A DNA stretch of 64,000 nt from Octopus vulgaris (Eukaryota). Positions 51,966 to 64,000 of the stretch are shown here, in pieces. The stretch is taken from NCBI GenBank assembly GCA_951406725.2, contig OX597825.1, forward strand, positions 56,048,001 through 56,112,000, written 5' to 3'. Each line of letters begins with the position of its first letter. Position 1 is the stretch's first letter. Under the pieces are notes generated by a model, which ran no database searches, was not told the origin of the DNA, and saw nothing but the letters and a program-made list of their open reading frames with translations. The translations under genes were made by a program, and so were the position numbers.

Positions 51966-52127
51966 ATAATTATACGTATAGAGTCAGTCTCTTCCTACTC
52001 TGGAGATATGTTCTCAAGATCATCAGCTTATGACTTACCTGAGAGTCTGTAAACGTGGTATGAGGGCATGACTACTCATTGATTTCTTTGGAGTTTTACT
52101 TCTCTGTTAGCAGGCGAGACTCTAGAG

Positions 52128-52330
52128 CAGTGGTTTTCAATCGAGATCCATATGACCCCTTAGGGTCCACATAAAATGTTTGGGGATCCACACAACAAAA
52201 TAACATATTGGGGATCCACAATAGTATTTTAAGGGTCCCTGAAAAAATTTTGCATGAGATGTATGTATTGGTATGTATTGCAAGAAACAGCTAGGCTTTT
52301 CTCTAGCATTTTCATAGTTCAACCTACAGA
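52128..52330. mobile_element. hAT (Charlie-like) non-autonomous element, one end only
   Basis: Begins CAGTGGTTTTCAA directly after ctctagag (NTCTAGAN-type target), with subterminal ggggatccaca repeats; second TIR not found. Confidence 0.6.
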
Positions 52331-52824
52331 AGTTAATAAAAGAAATAGAATATTTAATTGCAATAGTGACGGCTTCTTTAACGGATTGTTTGATAACACA
52401 AGGCATGGTATACAGTCTGCCGAATTATTTTGTTTCAACAGCACGAAAACGTAAGCAGCTCATATTTAAATACTAAAGAGATATGAAGCCACGAATATAC
52501 TTTACTTGGACTTCTTTTTCCTTGTTTCCGGATCTTTCCTCTTTCTTCTTTCTGACGAAGAGCCTTCCACTGCATAAGTTCTTTTGATTTCTGTTGCTTT
52601 CGCTTTTATTCATGTTTTCATTTTCGATTGACCTTTTCCTTTCCATTTTCGATATATAAATATAAAGAAATCAGATATGCGTAGCGTTACATAAGTACAT
52701 CTAAAGGCGCGAAATTGTAATGATCTTTTGGACGTTGACTGATGAGGAATAAGTTAGGAATTTTCTGTTTGCTATGTTTTGGTAAAATTCTGTTTCCCTA
52801 TATTCTTTACATAAGTATATCTAA

Positions 52825-52974
<150 letters not shown>

Positions 52975-53000
52975 ATATCTATATATATATATATATATAG

Positions 53001-53041
<41 letters not shown>

Positions 53042-53051
53042 TGTGTGTATG

Positions 53052-53082
<31 letters not shown>

Positions 53083-53256
53083 AGAGAGAGAGAGATAATT
53101 TTATTTAATAAGTCGAGGAACTAAAGCCCCTTAAGAGATGAGAGCATCCTAGTTCACCGGTTTATTCCACCATTCAGAGAACTCTAAGTATATTAGTTTA
53201 TCACCGAAACGTATAAGTATTTAAGCAGGTTAACCTACGCGTTGTTAAAGTTCCTT

Positions 53257-53363
53257 TAGAAATTCTCCCTGAGGATATGCAAAATTCAATAGTTTCGTAT
53301 ATGGAATTTTATTTCTGAAATTAAAGAATTGTGTATGGAAACAGCTGTAGGTTGGAATTTCTA
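53257..53363 (+). ncRNA. Type-I hammerhead motif in a Penelope-like pLTR (about 53100-53430), predicted cleavage after A53349
   Basis: tagaaattctcc CTGAGGA tatgcaaaattc...gaattgtgtatg GAAA c AGCT g TA ggttggaatttcta; stems I and II pair, with an internal loop in stem I. Confidence 0.75.
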
Positions 53364-53428
53364 TCTATAGTTTGAATGTCTTTAGATAAAAACATCTTTT
53401 GTACATTTTTTTCCCTTTTTCTTCATTT

Positions 53429-53470
<42 letters not shown>

Positions 53471-53553
53471 TTATATTTATATATATATATATACATACAC
53501 ACAGACACAGACACACACACCCACATATACATACATACACACACACACACATA

Positions 53554-54170
53554 TCTATATATATAAAACTCAACTTGTGTGTCTGTGTGTGTATCTGTGT
53601 GTGTGTCTGTGTGGTTAACTTCCCGGCACATCTCCTCCTAGCCAACAAATCGTAGAACCACAAAAAATGGGCCACTTAAAGTTTAGGCGAATGAAAACTG
53701 AACTGCGCTATTTCTGTTCCGAAATTCATCTCGCAACTGCAAAAATCGATAATGTGTTTGTTTAGGCCTTATCCCATGCATTGAATAGTGAACTTTACTC
53801 AGTCAGCTGTTTGACGTGAACTGTGTTCGCCACGCGGGCAAGCATGCGTAAATTGCATGAAAAATAAAAGATCAAGATATAAAAACGAATCGCCGTAAAC
53901 ATTGTAGAAATTCGGCAAAGAAATGAATTTTCGGGATGTAGCCTGGAGGGTTTTTTCGTATTAATCGTTTGGACTTTGTGAACACATACCAATTGTTTTC
54001 ATAACATTTTTAACGCTTTGAATTGAATGTGACCATATTGCGTTGAGTCTGCAGTTTGAATCACTTTAACCAAATTATAACAGGCCGGATTTTTGATTAT
54101 CACGATACATCGCCAGCGACTCCCTGAAACTCTCCCCTGAAATCCCCGTCGAGCCGGGCAACACTGCAAG
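53554..54170 (+). mobile_element. Non-autonomous Helitron (617 bp)
   Basis: A|TCTATATATATAAAA 5' end, GC hairpin cccg-tcgagc-cggg at 54145-54158, then CAAG|T (CTRR-like, one mismatch); no TSD. Confidence 0.75.
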
Positions 54171-54199
54171 TATATATATATATATCTTGTATCTTGTAT

Positions 54200-54469
54200 C
54201 TTTATATTTCACATTATTCAGTCATTTGTGTGCGTCCATGGTGGGGCACCACATTGAAGAATCCATAGATTCTTAGTCAAATAAATCGCTCCAGTACTTC
54301 TTTTTTTAGCCTGGAAATTATTCTATCGGTTTCTGATGCCGAACCGCTAGAGTTACGGATATGTAAACTCAAGTGGTAGCGCAGGACAAGCACAAACACA
54401 TACATGCACATCTACATACATAGAAACACACACACAAACACACACACACAAACATCCGCGCACACACGC

Positions 54470-54509
<40 letters not shown>

Positions 54510-54650
54510 TTATACGACGTGCTTCTTTCAGCTTCCGTCTAGCAAATCCACTCATAAGGCTTTGGTTGGCCTGGGTGTCACCCAATGCGACAGAATCCGG
54601 AACTCTGTGCCTGGAAAGCCAACTTCTTTCCACACAACCAGGCTGCACCT
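54200..54650 (-). mobile_element. SINE family A, diverged, with internal deletions
   Basis: From tail cagtcatttg..catggtggggcacc through head ..caggctgcaccta. Confidence 0.8.
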
Positions 54651-54759
54651 ATATATGTATATATATATATTTATGTGTGTGTGCGTGTGCATGTGTGTGT
54701 GTATACATTTATGTATATACTTAAACACATGTATATACATACATATACATATGTATATA

Positions 54760-54799
<40 letters not shown>

Positions 54800-54817
54800 T
54801 ATATGTACATATATATA

Positions 54818-54899
<82 letters not shown>

Positions 54900-55212
54900 C
54901 ATACACGATACAACTGACTGTGATGGCCTCACTCAACCCATTACAGTTTTGACTTGACGATCATCTGTGTAGTATTCATGGCAAAGTGCATCGAAAAACA
55001 AAGAGAAAAGAGCGAGCAATCATTTCTGATATACCTCGGGAAGTCTCTCCTCATCAAATATATCAATTCATGACAACAGATCTTCAACAGATCAATTGCA
55101 ATGTCAACTGCAAATGAAAGTATGCCGTGACAGACATTGCAGCGCTGGCGGTATGAAAAATGTTTTCTTTTGAATTTATTTCTCCTCTCACTCTGCTTCA
55201 CCTGTCAGCCTG

Positions 55213-55255
<43 letters not shown>

Positions 55256-55460
55256 ACTAATATATCTATATGTGCATGCATATATATATATATATATATA
55301 TATATCATCTGGTGACTTAAGAAATTCTTATTATCTCAACTAACAATGCAGAGTTCTTGGAGTAGATCCAACGTAATATAGCCTGACTACGGGTGACACC
55401 AGGTAGCCCAAACTGTGCTAGTGCTCTGCTAAACAATTCAACTCACTAATCGACATATAT

Positions 55461-55653
55461 GTGAAACAAGGTGGAAAAAGAGAGTACTCAAATACCAGAA
55501 GTAGAATAATATGCTTTATTTAAAAACAGCAGAAATATAACAAAAGCTGTTACCCAGAGTTTCACGTTCCCGATCGTCGAACAGTTTTTTTTTAACAAAC
55601 GGGAACGAGAAACTCTGAGTAACAGACTTTGTTACATTTCTGCTGCTTTTAAA

Positions 55654-55660
<7 letters not shown>
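55461..55660. mobile_element. Penelope-like fold-back element (arms 55515-55572 and 55600-55658) with degenerate minimal hammerhead
   Basis: Minus strand ctgt TCGACGA tcg ggaa cgt GAAA ctctggg TA acag; plus arm acg ggaa cga GAAA ctctgag TA acag. Confidence 0.7.
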
Positions 55661-55702
<42 letters not shown>

Positions 55703-55703
55703 A

Positions 55704-55742
<39 letters not shown>

Positions 55743-55749
55743 TATGCTG

Positions 55750-56068
55750 ACCCACTTCCGTCATGACTGACCATGGGATTGCACCTAGCAAGTTACCCTC
55801 CCAGGCACAAATCCGGGCAAGGTTGTTTATGGAAGACCAACAGTCGCCTATGCATACCGGCCTCCACGCCATCCGTGTTATCCAAGGGAAAGGCAAAGGC
55901 CGATACAGCTTGGCACCTGTGACGTCGCAACTCATTTCTACAGCTGAGTGAACAGGAGCAACGCGAAATAGTGTCTTGCTCAAGCACAACACGCAGCCCG
56001 GTCCGAGATTTGAACTCACAACCTCACAATCGTAAGCTCGACGATCTCACCACTGAGCCATGCGCCTA
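55750..56068 (-). mobile_element. SINE family C, full length
   Basis: Reverse-complement homolog of 35721-36063. Confidence 0.9.
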
Positions 56069-56078
56069 TATATATCTA

Positions 56079-56128
<50 letters not shown>

Positions 56129-56197
56129 CATATATGCATGTATGTATGTATGTATGTATGTATGTATGTATGTATGTATGTATATGTATGTATGTAT

Positions 56198-56345
56198 ACG
56201 ACGGTCTTCTTTCAGTTTCTGTCTACTAAATACACTCACTTCGATCTGCCCTAGGCTATAGAAGACACTTGCTCAAGGTACCACGCAGTGATGCTGAATC
56301 CAGGACCATGTGGTTGGGAAGCAAGCTTCTCACCACGTAGCCATA
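56198..56345 (-). mobile_element. SINE family A, 5' half
   Basis: ttcttcagtttctgtctactaaat..aagacacttgctcaaggtaccacgcagtg..catgtggttgggaagcaagcttc. Confidence 0.8.
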
Positions 56346-56609
56346 TATTATTTTTATATATGTATCGGTAGAAATTTGCATCGTGATTCAAGTGATGAGA
56401 ATATAGTCCATGGTATTTATCAAGCTTTATAATTGACATGAATGAGTCACTTGGCATATGAGTATCTTTGTTAAATTGTTGAATTTGCATACGCTCTGTT
56501 AAAAATAGTTTTTACTTTTTTTTTCACTTTTTATTTGGATCGATACAAATTCAATAAACCCTGCGTTAGGTAATATTTTTTTAACAATCACACTGACAAA
56601 TCGCGACAC

Positions 56610-56875
56610 CAGCGCCTTTTCTGGTACTGTTATTTCATATATCGCCGGCAGGAGGGACGAATCGCTGCTATCCCTAACAGTCTAGCATCCATCGTTGACA
56701 AGACTAAGGAAGATCGTAATCTGGTGACCTCTGTGCTTGATATGGCGGGGATTAATCTCCTCGCTGGCCACATAAGCATAAGTGCATCTTGCACCAAAAG
56801 CCAACAGGGGAGTTTCTTTCATTGTAACTACTGCAGTGTAGTTTGTTCTAGCAGGAAATCTGCCTTTAACTGAGA
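56610..56875 (+). pseudogene. Possible degenerate DIRS-type tyrosine-recombinase C-terminal fragment
   Basis: VTSVLDMAGINLLAGHISISASCTK resembles the DIRS YR pattern IKxVLxxAGIDxxxFxAHSTRSASTSK; short and weak. Confidence 0.35.
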
Positions 56876-57490
56876 ATAAATATTACCTCTCTATATTAAT
56901 ACTTGTTTAACACTGCATTAGAAGCGTATTAATTTGTACTTGTATAATGTAGAATAAGTGATACTTTACTTAATTTAATTTTCATCTAATAAACCTTATA
57001 TAATATGCATAGTACAATGTGATATATTTTAAGAATTGTAAGTGGTAAATAAATGCCAAACAGACCTTGATTTAGAAGTTCATAAATTTGAATCTATAAT
57101 TTGAATTTATAATTTAGTTCTTTACATTTCATAGTTTATTTTAGATTTCGAGTATATATTTAAGTTGTCTCCGGAACACTATAAAATCCAGAAATTTGGT
57201 TAAATGCTTCCCAGATATTTGGTCCTTTACCTTATAAGCATATGTTCTTCATATATATTCTCAAATATTACATATTTGAGATTCATTTTGATTTTGATGA
57301 TGGATCGCAAGTGGCTTATAATTAGATTCAGAATACTCTCGAGTGAAGAAATGCCTTGATTAGATTAATTGAGATGTGCATTTTGTGTTTTCATATGTGT
57401 ATATATGTGTACGAGCTGTTTTGTGTATTACTAGGATCATACATACAAAAACACATACTTATATGCATACATATATGCATACATATATGC

Positions 57491-57925
<435 letters not shown>

Positions 57926-57933
57926 ATGCTCCA

Positions 57934-58009
<76 letters not shown>

Positions 58010-59988
58010 TCCAAAACACACGCAGATGCATACATATCGCATGTATATCATCTTATATTCAAGAACGTGTAAGCAATACACTGGGGCCTATAAGATATAA
58101 TTGGAAAATAAAGCAAATACTCTTTGGTTTGAAAATGACTTTACGCCCTCTCCTGGAACCCTTGCCTTGGCTTCCTGCCTAGTCCAAAGGAATCAATTTT
58201 AATCGCAACTTCCTGTGCCCATGTCTCCAAGAAGATTTCATCAAGTTACACTCTCTTTTCAACCGTTATCTCACGTGCCATAATTACGGATAGGGTTCGA
58301 AGCCAAGTCAAATAAAGAACTAACTTATCTAACTCCTCTGCCTGCTTAGTTCTCTCTTTTACTACAGACATGTGATGGTTTAAAGATATTCTTCTTTGCA
58401 CACCATCCATTCCAACCTCCATCACGCCATCTATCCATCCATCTATCTATCTAACCATCTATTTAGCCACCCATCTATGTAGTCTCCATTTTTACAGACT
58501 GCAACAGAAAGAGAAAAGCAGAAACTTGAAACAACGCAGATAAATCAATTCTCGGTGAACAAAGGTGTGTAAATAATATTACGAAAAACCTTTCTTTCGT
58601 TTATGAACGTGGAAAACTTTCTCTTTCTCTCTGTCCATAGAAAATCTCTCAACAATAATTGCGTAATTCAATTTCAAAGTGCTTAGATTGGACATATATC
58701 TATTGCTCAAGGCTTCCCCATCCCTCTGGTGCATATTTATGTCGCCATTGAAAAAAAAAAAAAGAAAGAAGAAAAGACAAATGAACTACTTTGACAGATA
58801 TGCTGTATTAAAAGAATCGAATTTTAATCAGTCGAGTATTTAGTACATTCGGGAGAATGTGAAGGACATGCGATTAGATTTGCTTAGATCAATTAACATC
58901 AAATGAAAGAAACTAATAAAGAATATTTTGTTATAATATTAACGAGAAATCTCGGCAACTATCCGTATAATAACATTTCCCTATTTTTATGTGACATTTA
59001 ACTAGATTTCATCACATATTTTATTGAAGCTATTTCAGGTTGTTCTAGCTACCTTATCGAAATAGCGGCCATAGAATATGGTATTCTCGTTGATGTTATT
59101 GACTGCTAACTAGACAGAGATAATTATTGAAATGGCAAATAAATTAGGTACACAGTGTGTTTCAACGAGATAGGTCACAGCCTGTAGATATTGATTCTTT
59201 CTCAATTCTGCATTACTGAGTGTAAGGAAATGAGAGGCATACTTTTATTTTTTTATAAATCTCAACACATAACACGAAGTATTCAACGGAATGTGTCAAT
59301 ATTGGACGTCTGCACAAGTCTCATTCAAATCAAACAGTATTCAAACTCTCCGAATACAAACAAAAAATAGTATAAAAAGAGAGGATAGGATTAGTGATGT
59401 GGATGTCTAACACTGAAACGGAAAATCTACTGCTCTATCAAATGCTCTGATGAGGAATTTACATCTGTGAAAACGCCTGCTGTTTAAGGAGAATGAGAAG
59501 AAGTGAATATTTGAGATCTATTAAAACGAAATAATAAATTGATACCGAATATCTTCAGGTTATAGAAAACATGCGTATCATTCTTTGCACACTACATTTC
59601 CTATCAAAACAGCAACATCTTATTTATACAATCAACATCAACACACTGTCATTTAATCCGGTGAACATCTTCGCAAAGTGACTATCCAGTGGCAATCGTC
59701 ACTAGGTCCAGCTAGTAGATACCTAAATACTGTGTATATTTTGTATATTTTTCGGATAAATATCTGCAAGCCGTGTGTCTGTTCAGTCAACATCTAGCAT
59801 AGCTAATGTGTCTATGCGACCGGTCTGTGCCTCTCTATCTTGTCAATGACAACATACAGTGTCTCCGTTTGAATCAATATTTACACATTTTGTCTATTCA
59901 ACATCAGAAACCTGTCTCTCCCCCACATCTCTCTATATATATCTATATCTATCCATCTATCTACCTACCTACCTACATACATACATTC

Positions 59989-60064
<76 letters not shown>

Positions 60065-60147
60065 TCATCTATCCATCTATCTATCTAATCTATCTGTCTC
60101 TCTATTTGTCTGTATATATATACGTGTGTGTGTGTGTGTGTCTTTTA

Positions 60148-60360
60148 TATGTTTCAGTCATTAGACTGCGTCGGTGCCAAGCTACCGCTTTGAAGAACTT
60201 TTTAGCCAAGCGAATCGATCCCAGTACTTGTATATATATTTTTAAAAAGTCTGGTAGTGATTCTAGCGATCTCTTTTGTAGAGCTGCTACTTTATGAGAA
60301 CGTAAGCACACCAACACTGGTTGTCAAGCAGTGAGGGCAAGAAACACAAACAAAAACACA
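60148..60360 (-). mobile_element. SINE family A, 3' half
   Basis: tgtttcagtcattagactgcg..cacaccaacactggttgtcaagc. Confidence 0.8.
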
Positions 60361-60591
60361 CTACGTACGCACACACATACTGAAACCCCGTCCTGGATAC
60401 ACATATATATCAATTAATCCATCTTCCTTTATTAATATCTGTGTATATACTCTACTGATATTCATAGATTTCCTCATGTATATCCAGAAAAAGTCCCACC
60501 CTATGATTGCATTTGATAGCCAATATCTGCAGAGGAGCTTTGGAAAGCACACTATAATCTTGTCTTTTTCTTTAACCTAGACTCTGCGTGC

Positions 60592-60628
<37 letters not shown>

Positions 60629-60904
60629 CACTTACGGTATTCAAATTAGGAGCTCAGGTTTCCTGGAGTTACTGAAATTGTTGAGTTTAGAAACAGACTG
60701 GCAGCTTGTTTATCTGGGATTGGTCAAATTGATGTCGACTCCTTTGATCAGAATCCAGCCATATTCGAAAATCGATTAAGGTTATTCAAGTTTTATTTTT
60801 CAGTCTACAGAGAAACAGCAAAATTATCCCTGATTTAAAGTCTTTAATGATCCGATCGCATACACACACACACACACACATACATATATCATTTATTTTT
60901 TTTT

Positions 60905-61176
60905 AGACTTTTATCTTTCACTTGTTTCACTCATTAGACTGCGGCCATTCTGGGGCACCGCCATGAAGAATTTTAGCCGAACTGATCGAATCCAGTATTT
61001 ATTTTCTTTTAGCGTGGTAAATTATTCTATCGGTCTGTTTTGCTGAACTACAAAGTTACAGGGATGTAAACACTAACTACGGTTGCTAATTGGTGATAGG
61101 GGACGAACACACACAGACACACATATACACCCCCTGCATACACACAAACACACACACACGCACACACACACACACG

Positions 61177-61208
<32 letters not shown>

Positions 61209-61365
61209 CAACAGGCTTCTTTCTGTTTCGTCTGGCAAATCCACCCACAAGGTTTTCGTTGGCCTGTGGCTATAGTAGAAATACTTTCCCAAAGTGACAT
61301 GCAGTGGGACTGAACCCAGAACCATATGGTTGTGAAGCAGACGTCTTACGACGCTGCCACACACT
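60905..61365 (-). mobile_element. SINE family A, full length
   Basis: From tail cttgtttcactcattagactgcggcc to head gcagtgggactgaacccagaaccatatggttg. Confidence 0.85.
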
Positions 61366-61701
61366 CATTCTAGCTAATCAGTGAGCATGTCAACATTATC
61401 ATGTTCTCTCCTCTAACAAAGATTAAAAGATTACAGGCTTCTTTTACGATAGAAAGTGGTTGTTTTGGAAGAGAGCGCAGCCAGTTCCGAGAGAGTGGGA
61501 GAGAGAAAGAGGGAGAGGGGGCGGGCAGGGAAAGGTGATGGAAATGATTCTTGTACTAGAATTGTACTATATTGATCCTGGATAAACGGAAAACGGAAAA
61601 CGGGATTCAAAATGACAGAATTCGACGGGATTTGAACTCAAAACCCGAAGAGTCGGAACAAATACAGCTCTAACAATTCTGATTGTACCGCTAAAGTTAG
61701 C

Positions 61702-61750
<49 letters not shown>

Positions 61751-61976
61751 CCGTGCTGTATCTTCGCAACTAACGTCGAAAGATTTAGCTATTCGGTTCA
61801 CATATACACCCTGTATCTATCCAGTTGGCATCTGTTAATTTGTGCCTCTCAAATCAATACTGACAAGCTGTATCTTTATCTTACCAGCATCTTTGCACTC
61901 AAGTTTTGTCCAATCGATATGTGAAGCAGGGGAAAATAACTAAGATTTATTTAAGACGTAATAATAATAATAATAA

Positions 61977-62180
61977 TGGTTTCAAATTTTGGGACATGGC
62001 CATCAATTTCGGAGTAGAGGTCAGTCGATTACTTCGACCCCATTGATCAACTGGTACTCATTTTATCGGCCCCTAAAGTATGAAAGGCAAAGTCATCCTC
62101 GGTAGTATTTGAACTCAAGACGAACGAAATGTAGCTAAACATTTTGTACGGAGTCCTAACTGTAATGCTAGCTCACCGCC
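61977..62180 (-). mobile_element. SINE family B between (TAA)n tracts; long (TAA)n follows at 62184-62353
   Basis: ggtttcaaattttgggac..ggtactcattttatcgg..gaaaggcaaagtc..gctagctcaccgcc. Confidence 0.8.
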
Positions 62181-62182
62181 AT

Positions 62183-62355
<173 letters not shown>

Positions 62356-62384
62356 ATGGATCAAATAGGGGCTGCAATAATGCA

Positions 62385-62530
62385 ATAAGGGTGGAGCACT
62401 TGCAGGATACAGCACTTCTTCGAACCGCTCAAATACTCCAGATGGTGCTCGAAGAAGAAGGGATGTTACTAGTAGTGAAAAGCTGGCACCATAGTACATC
62501 TCCAGTGTTAGAATTTGTGCAAATACAATA
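62385..62530 (+). mobile_element. R4/Dong-type 3' terminal fragment
   Basis: EHLQDTALLRTAQILQMVLE; homologous to 15923-16065; lies between (TAA)n runs. Confidence 0.75.
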
Positions 62531-62536
62531 ATAATA

Positions 62537-62657
62537 AGTAGAAAAGCACTCAGAGAGCGCAGACCTCCAGTAAGCAGCTTATTTCCACCCATATACACAG
62601 CATGTTAAAAATCGCCCAATTTCCCAAACCAACGCCGGCAAAAACATAACTTCCTCC
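62537..62657 (+). mobile_element. Short Helentron/HINE-like deletion derivative
   Basis: agtagaaaagcactcagagagcgcagacctcc 5' end and aaaccaacgccggcaaaaacataacttcct 3' part shared with 63795-63823. Confidence 0.6.
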
Positions 62658-63064
62658 CATACTTATCTCGACCATCGTCATCATCAACACTGTCTCTGCT
62701 TTCACCACAATCACTGTCAAAATTACGATCGCCACAATCAGTTTCTTTACACAGTTGAAAATCCATTATCCGATACTCATGGGACCGAGATTGTTGCAGA
62801 TTTTTGATTTTTCTAATTTCGGAGTGCTTTATTAAAAAAAAAATTGCATCTACAAAACTGAACAGTTTGAGGATAGAAATCAAGTCTAAACACATTATCT
62901 TATAGACATAACCCGATTGTAGTTCTACATAAATCTTTAATACTTTTTTATACTTAAGACAAACAGAAATGTTAAGATATCAGCCTCTACCCACGTTGTC
63001 ATGCTCTGATTAAAAGGTTAAAGCATAGATTAGCTTACTTAGATAAGTTTCGACCGAAGTTGAC

Positions 63065-63460
63065 TCAGGTCATATCTAATTTAGTAGCAGCACCTGGAAG
63101 AAATGCACAATCAACTCTGGGGAACCGTAGCCCATTCAAGCAGAGGGTTATTGTTTTCAGAAATATATTTGGATGTGGGTGGTTTATCTGGTGGTTTATC
63201 TGGGGGTGATCATCTAAGGATCGTTTGAATGCCGTGAAATCACTTTCCTCCTTTATGTGTGTCTGGCACGATGTTGAAGAGAGCAGGGCCAATTGAAGTG
63301 AAATAGTTGCGATACGACACGAACATTTCTGTAGTGGGCCAAGTCTCGGACGAATTTTAAAGATGGCAATATTGATGGAATATTTTCCACATACAGATGA
63401 TATAGAGCTCACAGCGGCGGTGGAGGGATCAATAGTCAAGGCTTGTCATGTCATCCTCCG
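63065..63460 (-). pseudogene. CR1-group LINE 3' end (ORF2 C-terminus)
   Basis: Minus-strand pieces FKIRPRLGP, YFTSIGPALFNIVP, DFTAFKRSLDD and YISENNNPLLEWA, frameshifted. Confidence 0.7.
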
Positions 63461-63462
63461 TA

Positions 63463-63840
63463 GAGTTCCGCCAAGCAGCTCATTTTAAGTTAGATACGCG
63501 AGTAAAATTACTAATAGAGAAGCGAAAATAAACTTTGGAAACAGTAACGCCACCATAAGTTATGTGGAAACGATGAACGTATTTTCAAGGGAGATAATCA
63601 AAGAACGTAACATTGTAATACTTCATGTAAAGTAAATATAACAAATGAAAAATCCTTCAAGAATCCATAAAAATCCCCGGATTACTACCAAAATTTCATC
63701 ATCTGTTCCTTGTGCCATTACCAACTTTTGCAAGTTTCATCAAATACCCTTCACAACATTTTGAGTTATTTTGCACACAGACGGACAGACGGACAAACCA
63801 ACGCCGACGAAAGCACAACTTCCTTCATTGGCGGAGCTAA
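63463..63840 (+). mobile_element. Helentron-associated non-autonomous element (HINE/DINE-1-like)
   Basis: Subterminal inverted repeat agttccgccaa ... ttggcggagct, internal caagtttcatcaaat motif and (GACG/GACA)n microsatellite before the 3' end. Confidence 0.7.
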
Positions 63841-63848
63841 TAATAATA

Positions 63849-63919
<71 letters not shown>

Positions 63920-63948
63920 CATGATGATGATGATGATGATGATGAAAC

Positions 63949-63979
<31 letters not shown>

Positions 63980-64000
63980 CCTTTTTTTTCTCTTTAGACA

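Noticed and set aside
59447-59480. CTGATGAG hammerhead core (also CTGATGA near 35338)
   Set aside because: No complementary stem II or correctly placed GAAA...UH follows.

Overview
AT-rich, microsatellite-saturated eukaryotic DNA with no host protein-coding gene, rRNA, true tRNA or CRISPR array that I can support. Nearly all ORF-track entries are translations of (TA)n/(CA)n/(TAA)n/(TATG)n tracts. The SINE families and repeat landscape look like an octopus (coleoid cephalopod) intron or intergenic region; this is recognition from memory, not a database result. Identifiable content is transposon-derived: about 35-40 tRNA-headed SINE pieces in 5 families, three mariner copies, a maT-like (DD37D) element, a piggyBac-type MITE, a hAT end, a non-autonomous Helitron, Helentron/HINE-like elements, and decayed RTE, CR1, R4/Dong, Penelope and possibly DIRS retroelements. 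The main hidden signal is about 14 type-I hammerhead-ribozyme motifs (CUGANGA...GAAA-c-NNNN-g-UH, short stem III) in Penelope-like pseudo-LTRs. Several have well-formed stems and some carry a recurring CCGANGA core. Many sit in short fold-back (palindromic) insertions inside (TA)n tracts. Coordinates were counted by eye and may be off by a few bases, more at degraded ends.
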